Below are positions 42,701 to 57,027 of a stretch of 64,000 nt of DNA, piece by piece. The notes beneath the pieces were generated by a model. The model was not told where the DNA came from. It saw only the letters and a list, made by a program, of their open reading frames with translations, and did no database searches. Source of the stretch: Eledone cirrhosa. Lineage: Eukaryota. The number at the start of each line of letters is the position of its first letter. Position 1 is the first letter of the stretch. The stretch covers positions 274,350,001 to 274,414,000 of the forward strand of contig OZ024743.1 in the NCBI GenBank assembly GCA_964016885.1, in the 5' to 3' direction. A program made the position numbers and the translations under genes.

Positions 42701-44525
42701 TTCCTACTATTTCAAGTATATTCTTCATTATACTGTGCCGTTTTCTATGTTATGTTATGTATGTTTACTTTTTACACATACACACACACATATATATATA
42801 TATGCGTGTGTGTGAGAGAGAGAGGGAGGGCGCGTGCGTGTGTACGTATACTATTACATACATATAATAAATTCATATATACAGGTGAACATCGCTAATC
42901 TGACTTTTGAATAATCAGTAACATCTGAATCTAATTACATGTATAACTGACATTAGACACTCTCGAGCAAACAAAGGACCTTATGCGGTCACTGGACCTG
43001 CTGGAGTTGGTAGCTTATCCCTTTCAAATCACATTTAACGGTTTTAGAAAAGAAATGCACATTAACTTTGGTGGTCCTGTGTTGACTGTTGTAAAATAAT
43101 GGGATAGTCGACGCTAAAAATTATTTTTTAAATCGGAGATTGGAAATATTATTTACATTCTCACTCAGAACAAATTAAATTTCTGTGCCAATTGTAAGGA
43201 CACACAAGTTTAAGGGAAAATAAAACGATTGCATGAAGTACGTTTATGTGGGAAGTTTAGAGAATTGTAAAGGTAAACTAAAAGCAATTTGTAGTAGTCG
43301 TGATACAAGAATATGAATAATGTGGAATTTATTTCCTTCTTTACTCTTTTCGTTGACCTATCCCCGTGATATTTCTAAGGTTTATGAACCCTAGAATCGT
43401 TCCCTATTAAGTTGTTTTATTTGTAGGGGTATAACGAATTATGGGTTCAATTACACTACACCTGTTTTTGCTATTCGTGATACAATATGTTGAGATTATG
43501 AGAGACTATGTTGGGAATATGAGAGATCACTGTCTGTCATAGTCCGTTTTAACGCCTTTTCACAACACGTAACGGTTAATAAATTGACCATCGACGAGAA
43601 AATTGGAATTCAGAATTCAAAGAGCGGGAGCAGATAGGACCTTGCATCTCATCCACTTCTCTAACAATTCTACCAATCTGGCACCTTAGACTCGTACGTA
43701 ATCTATCAACTCCGGAAAACAACCTTCACATCCTCAATAGGTGATCTCATGATAAATACAGGGCAGCTCTATTATCCTAACAATGTTCTGCCTTAGTTTA
43801 TATTACGTTCGATATAATGACGAAAGATGGATGGTGGAGAGGGTACCTTGTCGGACGGTATTTATTTATGTTACTTTACGTTCTAACTATAAGATTAATT
43901 TTGTTTTTCATGTATCATAGTTCTGTGGGAAAGCTCAGGGACTAGTTGTTAGGGTGATAGACACATAATCATTACGTCGTGAATTCGCTTTCAAGGCCTG
44001 GTGGTACGTTGTATTTTTGTGCAGAATATTTTATTTCACGTTGCTTCTTTTCTGTCAAGAGTTGCGACAGGTAAATAGTATTAACAGTGGGAATATTGTT
44101 TCATTGATCCGATCTAACGATTCTCAGACCGAGTTATGTGTTGTGCTTTTGAAGAAGAAACTTCATTTTATATTGCTCAAGTTAACTCAAAACAAACAAT
44201 AAGTACAAGCGTCAGCTGAAGTTCGATCTTCAACACATGGGCTTCCTTTCCGTCAGAGAGAAAGTATTGTTCTCTCATTTGCTTGATGTCATTAAAACAA
44301 AGAAAAACGGACGTAAAAAGATAATTCTTTATAACACGTTTTGGAGTTTCATGACCATATATTACCTTTGCAGAAAATCAATTTTTTTCTCACTTCCATT
44401 TCCCTCTTAGCTCTATTGCATTTTATTGCCATTCCTACCAAATTGTTTGTACAGATGCCATTTTTTAACCTTCATGCTTATATTCTTGAGTATTCTCATG
44501 CGTGTTCTTTGTTCTTCCTCATTAG

Positions 44526-44677
44526 GTTGGAGATGACCTGAAGGTAGGTCACCTGGAATACGAAGAAGTCAAAAAGCAAGTGACCAACGAGGCCTCATCC
44601 GAGATTGGTACATCTCTTTTCGAATTTTACTTAGAACTGCAAGAATTCTGCAAGTTCAAGCGATTGATTACTGAAAC
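44526..44677 (+). CDS. BAIAP3: BAIAP3/Munc13-4-family exon C (VGDDLK...EIGTSLFEFYLELQEFCKFKRLITE-T)
   Basis: Acceptor tctttgttcttcctcattAG, donor GTACGT; 152 bp, phase 0-2; contains the family motif GTSLFExYLxLxEF; terminal AC plus the first C of the next exon gives Thr. Confidence 0.88.
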
Positions 44678-46004
44678 GTACGTATGCTCTGTTTTAATCT
44701 GAAATCGTCATAAGTATTATCATTATCGCAATGTGTTGGTTGAATTGTTTGAGCGTCAGTTATATTGCTTACAGTATTTGTTCTGGATCTTTCTGTTCTG
44801 AGTGCAAATCCCGCAAAAATGGTTGTATTTGAGTCTACATTAGAATCCATCCATCCATCCATCCATCATCGTCATCATCGCCATCGTCATCGTTATCATT
44901 ATTATCATCATCATGGCAGTTGATTAACAGAATCAATAGAACGTTCAGAGAATTGCTTTGCTGCATATGTTCCGGCTGTCTGCTATTTGAATTCAAATAC
45001 CGCTGTAGATATCTTTGCCTTTCAGCCTGGCGTCGATAAATTAAAATACCAGTCAAGCACTGGGATTGATGTAATCCACTTTTCTCTCCCTTCGAATTGC
45101 TAGCCATGTGTCTGAGTAAAAAATATTCTTTTGGTATTGGAATTATTCTGATTAGCTTTATGCTTTGTTGCCTCAACTTCATGCGTCTAAACAGAGCATC
45201 AGATAGAAGGTTAGATCTCATCTATTTACCGTTGAAGTTCCAAAATGCATTCGCCTATAGAATTCTCTCTTAGCTTCTTGATTTCCTGACCACCAAAATT
45301 AGCAAAAATTCAAAAGCAATACCCATTATCATTTTCTCTCTCATTGAATTGTGTTCTCTCTCTTGTCTTTCTCCGTTTTCAATAACCTCTTTTATTTTAG
45401 TGGCTTTATTCTGTGCCGGATTTAGGACAAATGAGACCCTCTGCTATTTAAGTTATGATGCCCCCTTTCATCGTAAAATTCATCGTCATTTTTTTTTTTT
45501 TGCGGCAAGATGGGCCCCCTTGGCCAACGGGACCCTGTACTTAAGCACACCTAAGCACGATGGTAAATCTGATACAGACTTTATTGCTTTGCTTAGAGTG
45601 GGCACAAAACCCTCATGTCCCAACATTTATGAATTAAATGCCTGCCAATCATACACAATAATTATTGCGAGTCAAGTAGTAGGGATAGCAGACAAAGCTG
45701 TTAGAAAAAGGAGATAAATATCCTTCAAAATTAAACAAGGTAAATTACATTGGGTAATATGATTCGAGATATCGATCTACATTAAAAGAAACTTTGATAG
45801 TCGCGGTTTGAACACCTCCGATTATTAAGCTAAAATAAACAATAATTATATCAATACTATTTATTATAAGATAAATGTAACATTTATGTTACATTTATCA
45901 GAATATTTGTCAAAAGAGGTTTTAAAAATGGCCAAGAATAAATATATGTGTGTGTATAAGTGTATTTTTGTGTATACTTATATACAGAAACACACGCAAC
46001 ACAT

Positions 46005-46068
<64 letters not shown>

Positions 46069-46125
46069 GTAAATAAATAACTTTGTGTAGAAATAAAGAC
46101 GTAAATATATGATATATTAAAATCA

Positions 46126-46168
<43 letters not shown>

Positions 46169-46358
46169 TGTTTATGTGTGTGAGTGTGTGTTTATTCCCA
46201 CTCAAATCCATCTTCAAACATTCATTAAATGAAAAAATAGAAATGTCACCATTTTGATATTTTAATTTGGTTGGTAACGATAATTTTTCTGACTTGCAAC
46301 GATTTTACGTAATTGTAAATTTTACATTTTTTCTTTTAGGTGTAGATGATTATTGTTA

Positions 46359-46402
<44 letters not shown>

Positions 46403-46720
46403 GCCTGTATTTCTTTGATATTTATCTTTGGTTATTTTCCTCCCAGTAGATAATAACTATTAATGTTTTCATTTACTTGTATCTATTTGCTTATTTAAAA
46501 AGAAGATATTTTGAAGAGAATGATCCTATACTGGTGGTTTTATATTATTTTCTATCATTTCGTCAATTTTCTAATATTCCTTGTGACTACGCTGTCAGCT
46601 AGGCAATTATTAACGTATCAGTCAAGCTTATTAGATTTTCTAAAGGAAACATAAACAGCTGTGTTTGTCCATCTATCCACAATTATTTTTCTGTCCATCT
46701 ATATATTTCTCACCTTTCTG

Positions 46721-46756
<36 letters not shown>

Positions 46757-47411
46757 TTAGTTGTTAATTGCTGTGTTGTTTATCCAAGAGTTGTGTCAGT
46801 TTGTCTTGTTGATAAAGAGGTGTAAGCAGGCACGAGCACACCACGTCAGTCGTATCTACCCAACATGAAAGTGTCGAAATAAACGTTAAGATAGATTAAG
46901 GTGTTCGCTCCAACATAGCTGTATACATATAAGTATGTGTATTTTGTATATCTAATGATATACTTACGAAGAAATATTTGAAATAAGGTATGAATTTTGG
47001 AAGCTGATAACATAGCGACAGCTAGCGAATTCCAGCAGAAGGGTAACTGTCGATGATGGTCACAGACTCTGCTCATTATCAATACACATACTTATATATA
47101 TATATACAGATATGTTGGAACGAACAACTTGATTTCATTTTCAGCCCGAGCCGGCCAACAGCTCCATATACAAATGATACTAATCAGCCAATGTACATTG
47201 GCGTTAAAACTATATGCTTTCGCCTAAATTGAATTCCAGCAGAGAGCATTGTAAGGGAAGCATGTTTTGATAACGACCTGAGTCAGAAACGATCGTTGAC
47301 AGTTAGCCTCCCCTGTTTCTGCTGAAATTCGCAAGAAAGCACTATATCATCAGCTTCCAAAATTCATAGCTAAAGATTTTCAAATATTTATTCGAAAACA
47401 TTCCCTATATT

Positions 47412-47630
47412 GTTAAGACAGATGTTACATAATCGGACTTACTGGATTATACTTATTTTAGTGACACCAGTGTTAAGCAAGTATGCAATAATTACAACAA
47501 CTGGCACAAGTGTGACATCATCTGATGATGTCACACCGTTACTGGTTAGTTTTGTAATCATTGCATAACATCTCCACACTGGAGAAAAAGCATAATCCAA
47601 TAAATAGGATTATGTAACATCTGTCTTAAC
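47412..47630. repeat. Diverged inverted repeat (about 105-bp arms)
   Basis: gttaagacagatgttacataatc / gattatgtaacatctgtcttaac; centre gtgtgacatcatc-t-gatgatgtcacac. Confidence 0.85.
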
Positions 47631-47707
47631 GTTTATTTCATTCATATATATTATATATATTTGTATAAATATACATATATATATATATATATGCATATAT
47701 GTATATA

Positions 47708-47776
<69 letters not shown>

Positions 47777-48283
47777 GTGTGTGCGTATGTGTGTGTGTAT
47801 ATATATATATAGTACACAGTCTTCACTTTAAAAGAAATCTTCACGCGCAGGCATTGCACGAGAGAAATAATTAATAATTATTAATAATGGTATATCGTGC
47901 AATGGCCATACTCGACAACGAGAGGACAACGAGAGGACAACGAGAGGACAGCCATCATGTATGTATGTGTGTATCTATGTATGTATTGTTTTGGTTTTAT
48001 GATTTCACAAATGTTTGCCAATAGAGAGAGTCGGTTTCTAACATAGATACAAAACTCTCATTGGAATTTAAACATTAACTAAATAGATATAGATGCATGT
48101 GTGTGCAGGTATGGATGTGTATGTTTTGAGTTATATTTGTGGATATGCATGCGCTTTGTATCTGTACATGTGTATATATATGCAGTTATTAGATGCAGAA
48201 TTTTTGGAATGTTTTACATATTTTTACTATTCTATTAATGGATTTTACTTGTAATTTCCTAACTAGTCGTGTGTGTCATATAT

Positions 48284-48874
48284 GTCAAGTCACCAGTTGG
48301 TGCTACTGGTAACATGTATCCCAGTACAACCTGTCTCATGGTCGGGTCGTTGCCGACTAAACTAGCAACCCCACCAATGTTTCTTGGTGAGGAGGGTGAC
48401 TTGGACATCCTGGAGGACTAAAAACAAAACCTGTCAAAGGGCAAAGGAGCTCTTAAGAGTCAATGGCCATCCAAAATCACCGGGAGAGATGACCGCTTAG
48501 TCAAGGCAGAATTCTAGGAGAAGGAAAACTCTGATATAACACCTGCAATCCAATGATGTTGACTTGTTCTTCTTTTTGGTAAATATCATCTTGGTTAAAT
48601 GAGTGGGACTGGCTTTGTGCAGTGCCTTTGCTCACTATAAAAGCTTCACGGCACAGGCATTGCTTTATATCTGGAGATCTATCTGCACTTGTCGTCACAG
48701 GGTACCATGGGCCCAGCACTATGTGTCAATAATTGTCACAAGTTAAGTGTTTGTACCAGAGTTTTCAAGTCGCTGGCTGGACTAAAAAGTCACACTCGTT
48801 CAGCGCATCAGTAGGGGTTCTCCTACATGGATATGAAGTAGTGGCCGTACTCGAAAACGAGTTGGCAGCCACCA
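48284..48874 (+). mobile_element. About 600-bp non-autonomous RTE-derived retroelement (second full copy)
   Basis: Colinear with 40182-40791; (TATG)n tail. Confidence 0.85.
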
Positions 48875-49033
48875 TGTATGTATGTATATATGTATGTATG
48901 CATGTGTGTATGTATGTTCGTATGTATGTATGTATCCATTCATTGATTTCTTACAATTTTTGTCTTCAGTTGGAATTTAAAGCGGTGGGTTGGTATCAAA
49001 CACAACAGTATTTTCTGTCATTTTCTTTTTCAG

Positions 49034-49157
49034 CGAGCAAATGTCTTTGAGTATCACGAAATATTATGAATGGTTTCGGTTTGCTGTCCAAAAATGGTTG
49101 GTCATTGCACAGCAAAAAGCTACAGCCCGCGTTAGCAAAGCAGTTGAAGTTGATACA
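49034..49157 (+). CDS. BAIAP3: BAIAP3/Munc13-4-family exon D (EQMSLSITKYYEWFRFAVQKWLVIAQQKATARVSKAVEVDT)
   Basis: Acceptor ttttctttttcAG, donor GTATGT; 124 bp, phase 2-0; MHD1 signature WF...VxxWL...KAxxRxxKAVExD; lies within ORF 48990..49268. Confidence 0.92.
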
Positions 49158-49592
49158 GTATGTCTTTTGTTTCATTTTTTCTATCTTTTTCATTGTTGTT
49201 GTTTAGTTTTCTTATGGAATGGCAGCACCCCAAATACTCATCATTCCTTCAGAACCTGGTGGAAGTGAGGAAAAGGCTATCCGCAAACCGTGGACCTGAC
49301 CTGTGTCATTGCATCAGAGTGATACTCGCTAAAATCACCCTACAATCTGCTGGAGGTGTATAAGCGGGCAAACGCTTAAATCTAGCGTCTATATATGGCA
49401 CAGTGGGATTTATACGTTGAGCAAAAGAGCCAGAATAAATGCCACGAAACATCTTCTTAGGCGCTCTAATAATTCCGTTAATAAACCAGCTAGACTGCTC
49501 ATTTATCAATCACAAAGGGCTGAAATACAAATTGGCCTCTGCAGAAATTGAACACAGTGAATGTTTACATTACAGCATCGAACAGCATCTCT

Positions 49593-49737
49593 GCTACTAC
49601 TACTACTGCCACCCCCCACCCCCACTACTACATCTACTACTACTACGGCTACCACTATTACTACTACTACTACCACCACCACCACTACTACCAACACCAC
49701 TAATATTACTACCACCACCACTACTACTACCAACACC

Positions 49738-49769
<32 letters not shown>

Positions 49770-49872
49770 CAACACCACTACTACTACTACCACTACTACA
49801 TCGACCACCATTACCACCACTACTATTACCACTATTACTACTACTACCACTACTACCCCCACCACTACCACC
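49593..49872. repeat. (ACT/ACC)n trinucleotide array
   Basis: Directly visible; source of the poly-T, poly-P, poly-V and poly-S/G ORFs. Confidence 0.95.
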
Positions 49873-50588
49873 AGGAATACCACAACCCCCACATGTGCCA
49901 TTTTTACCTGTGTCATTTTTACCGTTCACTCTGAGAAGATATGTAGAATTACTGGAATGACGGACCAAATGCTTTGTGATATTTAGTTGCTTACTTTTAT
50001 ATTCTGACTTCAAATGCCTTCATCTTCCGGTACATCAATAAAATAAGTACCCGTTGAAAACTGGTGTAGATGTAATCGACTATACCACCTTGCCTTAAAT
50101 ATGCAGCAATGTTCCTATGTTTGAATTCCGTATCTGAAACTTCATACGGCCGAAATTTCCTGCTCCAAAGTCACACCTGACAACCTCTAAAACCCCAAAC
50201 AGGGAGTACCCTGAATAAAAGTGTCTCCAAAGTGAGAAGATCTTACATAATGAAAGCTATACCTATTTTCACAAGAGGAGACACCTCTCACCCACCCCAA
50301 AGTAGGTGGAAAATCTCCCCATCGGACGGGGTGAGGTAACAGGTCTGTAATGTTGTTAGACAAGTATATTGATATATTAAGTATATTGTATATATTTTCC
50401 CCGGAAGTAATACTTCGTTAAAGAGGTGACCTTTATTCAAGATCTTTTCTTTTAACACCGAGGGGATTATTTCTTGTTTGAAACTTGAAAAAACAAGATT
50501 ATAGAGATTCTATTTGAATCATTGTGGATAAGTTTTATAGTTTTATATTTTGACTATTTAACATTTCACAACCCCACATCTCTCTCTC

Positions 50589-50635
<47 letters not shown>

Positions 50636-50799
50636 ATCTCTCTCTCTCTATCTATCTATCTCTATCTATCTATCTATCTATCTCTCTCTCCCTCTCTCTC
50701 TCTCTATCTCTTTATCCCTCTATCTCTCTATTCCTATCTCTCTCTCTTCTATGTAAATGTACACACACACATATATATATACATATACATATGAGTGTG

Positions 50800-50838
<39 letters not shown>

Positions 50839-51714
50839 ATATGTTTATGTATGTTTACATCTCTCCTCTCTCTCGCGACCACTCTCTCCATTTATCCTTC
50901 TGTTTCTTTCTCTCGTACGTTTTATCTTCTTTGATCTTGAATAGCTTCAAAGTATTTTTTTATTTAAACGTAGACATTTTAATCTGAAGTATGTCAAGCA
51001 ACATTTCAAAGAACAAAAAATATCAATCATTCACATTGGTTCGTCTACAAACAGGTGTTTACATCATAGGACAAATAAATCAACCAACAAACTAACAAGC
51101 AAATATATATATATATATATTATATATAGAGTTATAAACTCAAATAGTCTTTTACAATTAAATAGCTCAAAGAAAGGAATATTTCTGAGCCGTGTAATAC
51201 AAATGAATATATGATAGGGATAAACACTGATACGAGTAAACATGTGTTCGTATTGCAAATGACCAAGTTAGCTAGATTGAAAAATACTAATTAAAATAAT
51301 ACGGTTTGCCTGTCTCGATTTAAAATAATAAATCAATAAAAACAAACCTATATTGGCAAAAGCCATGATACCTGGACAAAACTAAATTTTAAATTTCAAA
51401 TTTGTTTCGCAACAATTAAGTGAAAGTTCCTATTTCTGTGCTCTTCTGCAGGTATCCAGAAATTGGTAAGTTTCACTTCAAAATACTTAGGAAGACTGAG
51501 AGAAATGTGTTTTTTAACGCACATGTGTCACAGTGTCTAGTACGTCCTATTCTTGTGCCGCTAAAAATAGCAGCCGGTTTTATGGGACTAAAAATTAGCT
51601 CAACGCATGGAGCTAATTTATAGTGAAACAGTGATCTCTCGAAATAAAGAGTCACTATTAATAAGAATTATCTTGATTCTATATATTGTATAGGACTGCT
51701 TATATTATTTTTAG

Positions 51715-51850
51715 TACGATGTGTCAGAAAAGAATCAGGACCGGGGTCGAAAAAAGAATATCTCAAACCCAAACTGCAAACTACAAGTTTTCCCTTCGAA
51801 ATAATTCCCCTTGAGTCTAACGCACTTTCCTATCTTTCAGCACCAGCTTC
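51715..51850 (-). mobile_element. Mariner 3' end remnant
   Basis: - strand reads ...KVR*TQGELFRRE-like / KGNYFEG C-terminal motif followed by a mariner-like terminus ending ...tcgta. Confidence 0.45.
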
Positions 51851-51927
51851 AGCATTCAGTAATCAAAAGAAGGGAAGTAAGCGTAAAAGCCAAACTCGCT
51901 TTTTTCAATTCGGTTTGTGTGCCAACT

Positions 51928-52411
51928 TTGACCGTTTGTATTCGCAATCGTATTCTTTCGGTCATTACCCAAGATTCATGAACATTTACCTATGGTCATG
52001 AATCTTGGGTAATGACCGAAAGAATACGATCGCGAATACAAACGGTCAACATGGGTCTCTAGAGTAATATTACTCGATAAAGTCTGTAATTCAGAGATCA
52101 GAGAGTCATTCCAGGTAAAGCCTCTACTTCTCCGAATTGAGAGATCACAGCTCCGATACTGTGAGCATGTGGTTAGAATGTCTCAGGAAATAATCGCTGC
52201 ACAGATTTTACAGGCGAACCCAACCGGTAAGAGAGCCAGGGGTAGACCCTGAGCAAGATGGTTGGATAATATCCCTAAGCTTCACTGGTCACGCTTGGGG
52301 ATCCATCCGGATAAGTTGGAGACGGTTGCTTCTGACAGGACCCGCTGGAAGGAGTGTTTGAGGCTCTTCCCCCCCCCCCTCAGGAATAAGTGGGCGAAGA
52401 AGAAAAAGAAG
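51928..52411 (+). mobile_element. RTE LINE 3' fragment with 5' fold-back duplication and (GAA)n tail
   Basis: TYGHESWVMTERIRSRIQ...RSQLRYCEHVVRM...PTGKRARGRP*ARWLDNI; 51928-51980 is the reverse complement of 51996-52049. Confidence 0.85.
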
Positions 52412-53014
52412 TATTTAGCATAGTTATGGGCCAGACATTATCTATAAAGTGGCCCTTGTTCGGGTTCTTTCTCAGGAGCGATACTGTACCACGGCTCACA
52501 GACCTAGAAATTATCCCTTTCTGCTGCTATTTGACATAGATATCCGCTAGGATGTCGCCGAATAAGTCTAGAATGTTTGTGTAACGCTCGTATTCTAAAA
52601 ATAATAATAATAAAATTAATTTAACTACAATGAAAATTGACACAAGCACTGAAAGCTAATACAAGAATCGGTTAGTAAATGTAAGATATCACTAGTTCTT
52701 TGGGAGGGGTTGTCGGTTTAATCCACCCCAAATGCTCTTGGATTAGACCTTTCCAAAAAAGACGGGAGGGGCATGGGTGACCACCACAGAATTAAAATTT
52801 GGAATCCGGGGTTCCGTAACCAAAACGGTTCGAGGCTTGGGCGGTTCAAAACGTATATGTACATACATATACACCACACACACACACATATATATATAGA
52901 CTCAGTTACACCCAGCAGCTTAACTCTGGAATACAACCCAAACGAAACGGACGTTGTAACTGTTGTTACACACTTCACACACACACACAGACACACATAC
53001 ACATATATGTATAT

Positions 53015-53814
53015 AAAGTAATTTTTTTTAGCGGTGGTGGACTTCTAATCTTCATTAAGACATCTCTGTAGGAGAAGGTAACTCTAATATAAAACCTGTG
53101 ACTTCGTTTGCATCCAATGATGTAGACTAGTTCTTTTTTTGGGGTAAATGCATTTCATGGTCAGAGAGTGGGACTGGCCCATGCAAAGCCTTTCCTCACT
53201 TAAAAAAGCTTCAAGCACAGGCATCGCTTGATATGTGACATGTTTTCGATGGCTGACCGTAGGCAAGTCCCTATATATATATTTGGTGGCTGCAACTTGA
53301 TTTCTAGTAATGACATCGTTTGATACTTAAGCATGAGCATCACAGGCGCGGCTTTCTAATCCTGCTAGGGACTTGCCTACGGTCAGCCATCGAAAACATG
53401 TCACATATCAAGCGATGCCTCTGTTTGAAGCTTTTTTTAAGTGAGGAAAGGCTTTGCATGGGGCCAGTCCCACTCTCTGATCATGGAATGCATTTACCCA
53501 AAAATAAGAACTAGTCTACATCATTGGATGCAAACGAAGTCACAGGTTTTATATTAGAGTTACCTTCTCCTACAGAGATGTCTTAATGAAGATTAGAAGT
53601 CCCCCTCCCCTCAAAAAATTACTTTCTTGGTAGGCCGTTGACTCTCCTTAGTTCCTCCGCACTTTGACAGGTTTTGTCTTTCATCCCACAGGATGTCCAA
53701 AATCACCCTCTTCACCAGCCAAGCTTGGTGGAGCTGCCCGTTCAGCCGTCGACGGGCCGACCATGCACATGTACTGGGTTACATGTTACGAGTAGCGTTG
53801 AAGAGCGACATGAC

Positions 53815-53815
<1 letters not shown>
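53015..53815 (-). mobile_element. Second subfamily of RTE-derived non-autonomous element (53284-53815) with inverted partial duplicate (53015-53273)
   Basis: 5' leader and 3' end (gcagccacca) are homologous to the 40182 family; about 260-bp arms 53015-53273 / 53366-53625. Confidence 0.82.
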
Positions 53816-53866
<51 letters not shown>

Positions 53867-54039
53867 AGGTTGTGAGTTCGATTCCTGGACCAGGCGATGC
53901 GTTATGTCCTTGAGCAAGACACTTTATTTCACGTTGCTCCTTCTACCTGGAGTTGCGACCGATAGATAGTATTAGCAATTGGAAAGACAAACGGAAACAT
54001 TGTTCCCTCGGTCCGATTTGACGAAAGTCGATCATTCCT

Positions 54040-54105
<66 letters not shown>

Positions 54106-54673
54106 ATATAATGTGGTGGATATAACACAATGTGAGGAACAAAAGCAAAAGATCCAGCTTAGTTCCTCTAGATTCTTTTGGTTGTTATAAAAATTAGAAA
54201 GTTTAAAGAAACCACTGCTTAGATAAGGGGAAATAGTTATAGTGTACATCTATTTTAAAAAAACATAATCTAGAAACTGATTTAACATTACACGATAGTT
54301 TAGTAGTATTAATCAGATTGTCTTGTAACTAATCAATTTGAAATACCTCTGGTTTTTGTTCGTTTCTTTTTTCATACAGCACTTGTGTAACTTGTGGAAC
54401 CATGTCTTAGTATATAGATGTAAACTACGTTTTAGTTGTGTTTATTCTCTTAATCTGTCGGTATTTCATTCATCCATTTTTACAGCATTACATCATCGTT
54501 TCATACAGTATAAAAACGAAGTTGGTATTTAGTTTATTCGGTATATCTCTTGTTTGTTTATTTGCCTCTAAGTTGTGCTACTTGACTGATTACGTTTCAT
54601 TCAGTACACACCCTTTACACGAATACAAGCGAAGCCTTAAACATACATATATTTTTCTTTTGATCTCTTTCAG

Positions 54674-54742
54674 GTGTATAGCAACATCTGTAACGCGAAA
54701 TACAGTTCTTCAGCTGTTGACGTCTGTAGTCTTTTCAATCAC
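54674..54742 (+). CDS. BAIAP3: BAIAP3/Munc13-4-family exon E (VYSNICNAKYSSSAVDVCSLFNH)
   Basis: Acceptor tctctttcAG, donor GTTCGT; 69 bp, phase 0-0; Munc13 MHD1 motif K(H/Y)SxSAVDV. Confidence 0.9.
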
Positions 54743-56340
54743 GTTCGTATGATTACATTTCTTACAATCAAATTTCTTGGTATTCAAGTCCAATCAAAAA
54801 CATTTCGTTTCCTGCTAACGCAGGAGATGATACAAAATATTAAAATAAAAAGACGCATCTAATGACAAAATAATTGTTAGCTTTGTTTTTTCTAATGGAC
54901 CCTTATCGGTTAATGTACATATGTAGTGAATGCTTTTTTAAAAAAGTACTTATCTTCTTCGAAGAATATTTTAAAGTTTTTAATAGGATTGGATTGCAAT
55001 GATTTATAATAAATATCAACTGTGTGAATATAATATTGAAATGGTATATTTAGATTAACAATCACTTCTTTATACTAGACATAACTAATTTTTGTTAGAT
55101 AAAGTTTCGCCATAAGTATATTTCCAGTCCGTCTAAGCTAATGTTTCTCAAGGTGAGGCGTACACCCCACCGGTGAGCATGAAAATTCAATATACGGTAT
55201 ACTTTATACTAAGGTTTGCCGCTTTTATATAATGCTTTTTTCTGTTTTGCGGGGTCATGGAAAACACTGGTCTACTTCATTCAGCCGTTACTGTTAGATG
55301 AGAGACACACATGCTATTGCCGGTCTATCTATGATAGTTGTATGTCCACGCTGTTTAATTGCAGACTGGGCGGTGATGGACTTATTAACTCTGACCTACG
55401 AGTAATTTGAACACAGAACACAAAGAACCATATCACATTATAAACATACATAAGTCTCGCTGAGGGTATTTCAAGTTGTTATCATATCACAGCTATCTCA
55501 GTAGTATTTCAGGGTTTTTATCCAACTTCAGCGACATTTCCTCAGTCAGTACTCGTATAAATTAGCAGTATTACTCTAATACAGTGCAATGTTAACTAGC
55601 CTGCATTTCAAGATCAAATTTCATTGTGGTCGACTTCGCGTCTCATCCGACATTTATCGATTTATTAAAAGAACTTTTTTATATAAACCATCTTTATATT
55701 TTCCTTTATGTTTAATACAGAATATATCATCATTAAGTAAAAGAATTCTTGAGGATGTCTATTCAATTGTCCAAATGTTCTTTGGGAGTTTACACCAATC
55801 ATTTTCAATATTCTCGTTATCGGTGTCTGATTCCCACTTATAATACTTGAAAGCATAATCATCCTCCAGTTCATTACTAATGATACAATCTCATAATCCT
55901 ATTAATTTTCAATATTACAATAGATATATGGATACGAACTTCTGAGATTAGCTCATGGTCACACATATTTCGAGAGAGGTATTCAAATAATTTGTCCCCA
56001 CTAATTCATTGGTACTTATTGATATATAAGTAATATATGAAGAGTGTATTACAATGTATGAGTCGATGTATTCTAACGATACGTTTGTCTCATAGGCGTC
56101 TTCAATCAAGAGACTATAGTTGAGAATTTTCTTCATAAATGTGTGAAGCATTTATCATTATTCCTGGAGCAAGCCAAATTACACTTATCTTGAATTTATG
56201 AATTTGATAATTTTATAATTAAAAATTTAAATTTCAAACGTTCTAAAGTCATGCTGTTGACTTAAGAGGAATTGGGAAAATTTGAAATGTAGTCGACCCG
56301 AATACAAATTATTATAATAATAATCGATCATTATAAATAA

Positions 56341-56780
56341 CACTGGTCAATACACTTTTTACTGACTTAGATTTTGTTGTTGAGGTGCTGATTTCAAATA
56401 TGGCATCCATTTTCCCCTAACACATCTGGTTTTCATGTTTGTCTTTCGCTCGGCTATCCCATAAACACAGAAAACAGGGATATTTTGTATACCCTCCTTG
56501 TTGGCCAAGTGAAAACTTGACGTGATAGAGAAAAAGTATTGGCATTTTTAAACTCAGCGGTCCCAAATTACTCAAGAACAGGTCTCAAATTTTGGTCAGA
56601 AGAAAAGAAGCAACATTTTGTGGATTAGTGTACTATCTCTTGTAGCTATAGGTAGGGGCCAATATGGACCAGCCCATAGATTAAAAACTTGACATGATAG
56701 AGAAAAGGCGTTGTATTTTTAAACTCAGCAGTCTCAAACTTCGGTCAGCAGAAAAATAGCAAAATGTTCTTGACCAGTGT
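56341..56780. mobile_element. MITE / non-autonomous DNA transposon
   Basis: TIR cactggtcaa / ttgaccagtg; internally duplicated end (aaaacttgac.tgatagagaaaa...aaactcagc at about 56511 and 56684). Confidence 0.65.
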
Positions 56781-57027
56781 AATAATTGAGAAAATTAGGT
56801 AAAATACCTATGGGGACGAGGAAACCGTGGACAGAAGTGCCAGTGCCTCTGTCCACCTATTTCTAAGTTAGTACAAATATATCAATCAACTAATAATTAA
56901 TTGTAAGAATTAATATAGTATTTGTGTCTTTACGTCTTTAAAATTAAGAAAATATACTTCAGAAAGAAAGCATTCTCCATATTTCCATATTTTAATTGCT
57001 TTGCATTAATAAACCTTCTTGTTACAG

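Noticed and set aside
44544-44549. AAG|GTAGGT internal donor within exon C
   Set aside because: Its use would remove the conserved SLFExYL motif and break phase with exon D.
49439-50013. Mucin-like poly-Thr, poly-Pro/Leu and Gly/Ser ORFs
   Set aside because: They come from an intronic (ACT/ACC)n array open in several frames on both strands.
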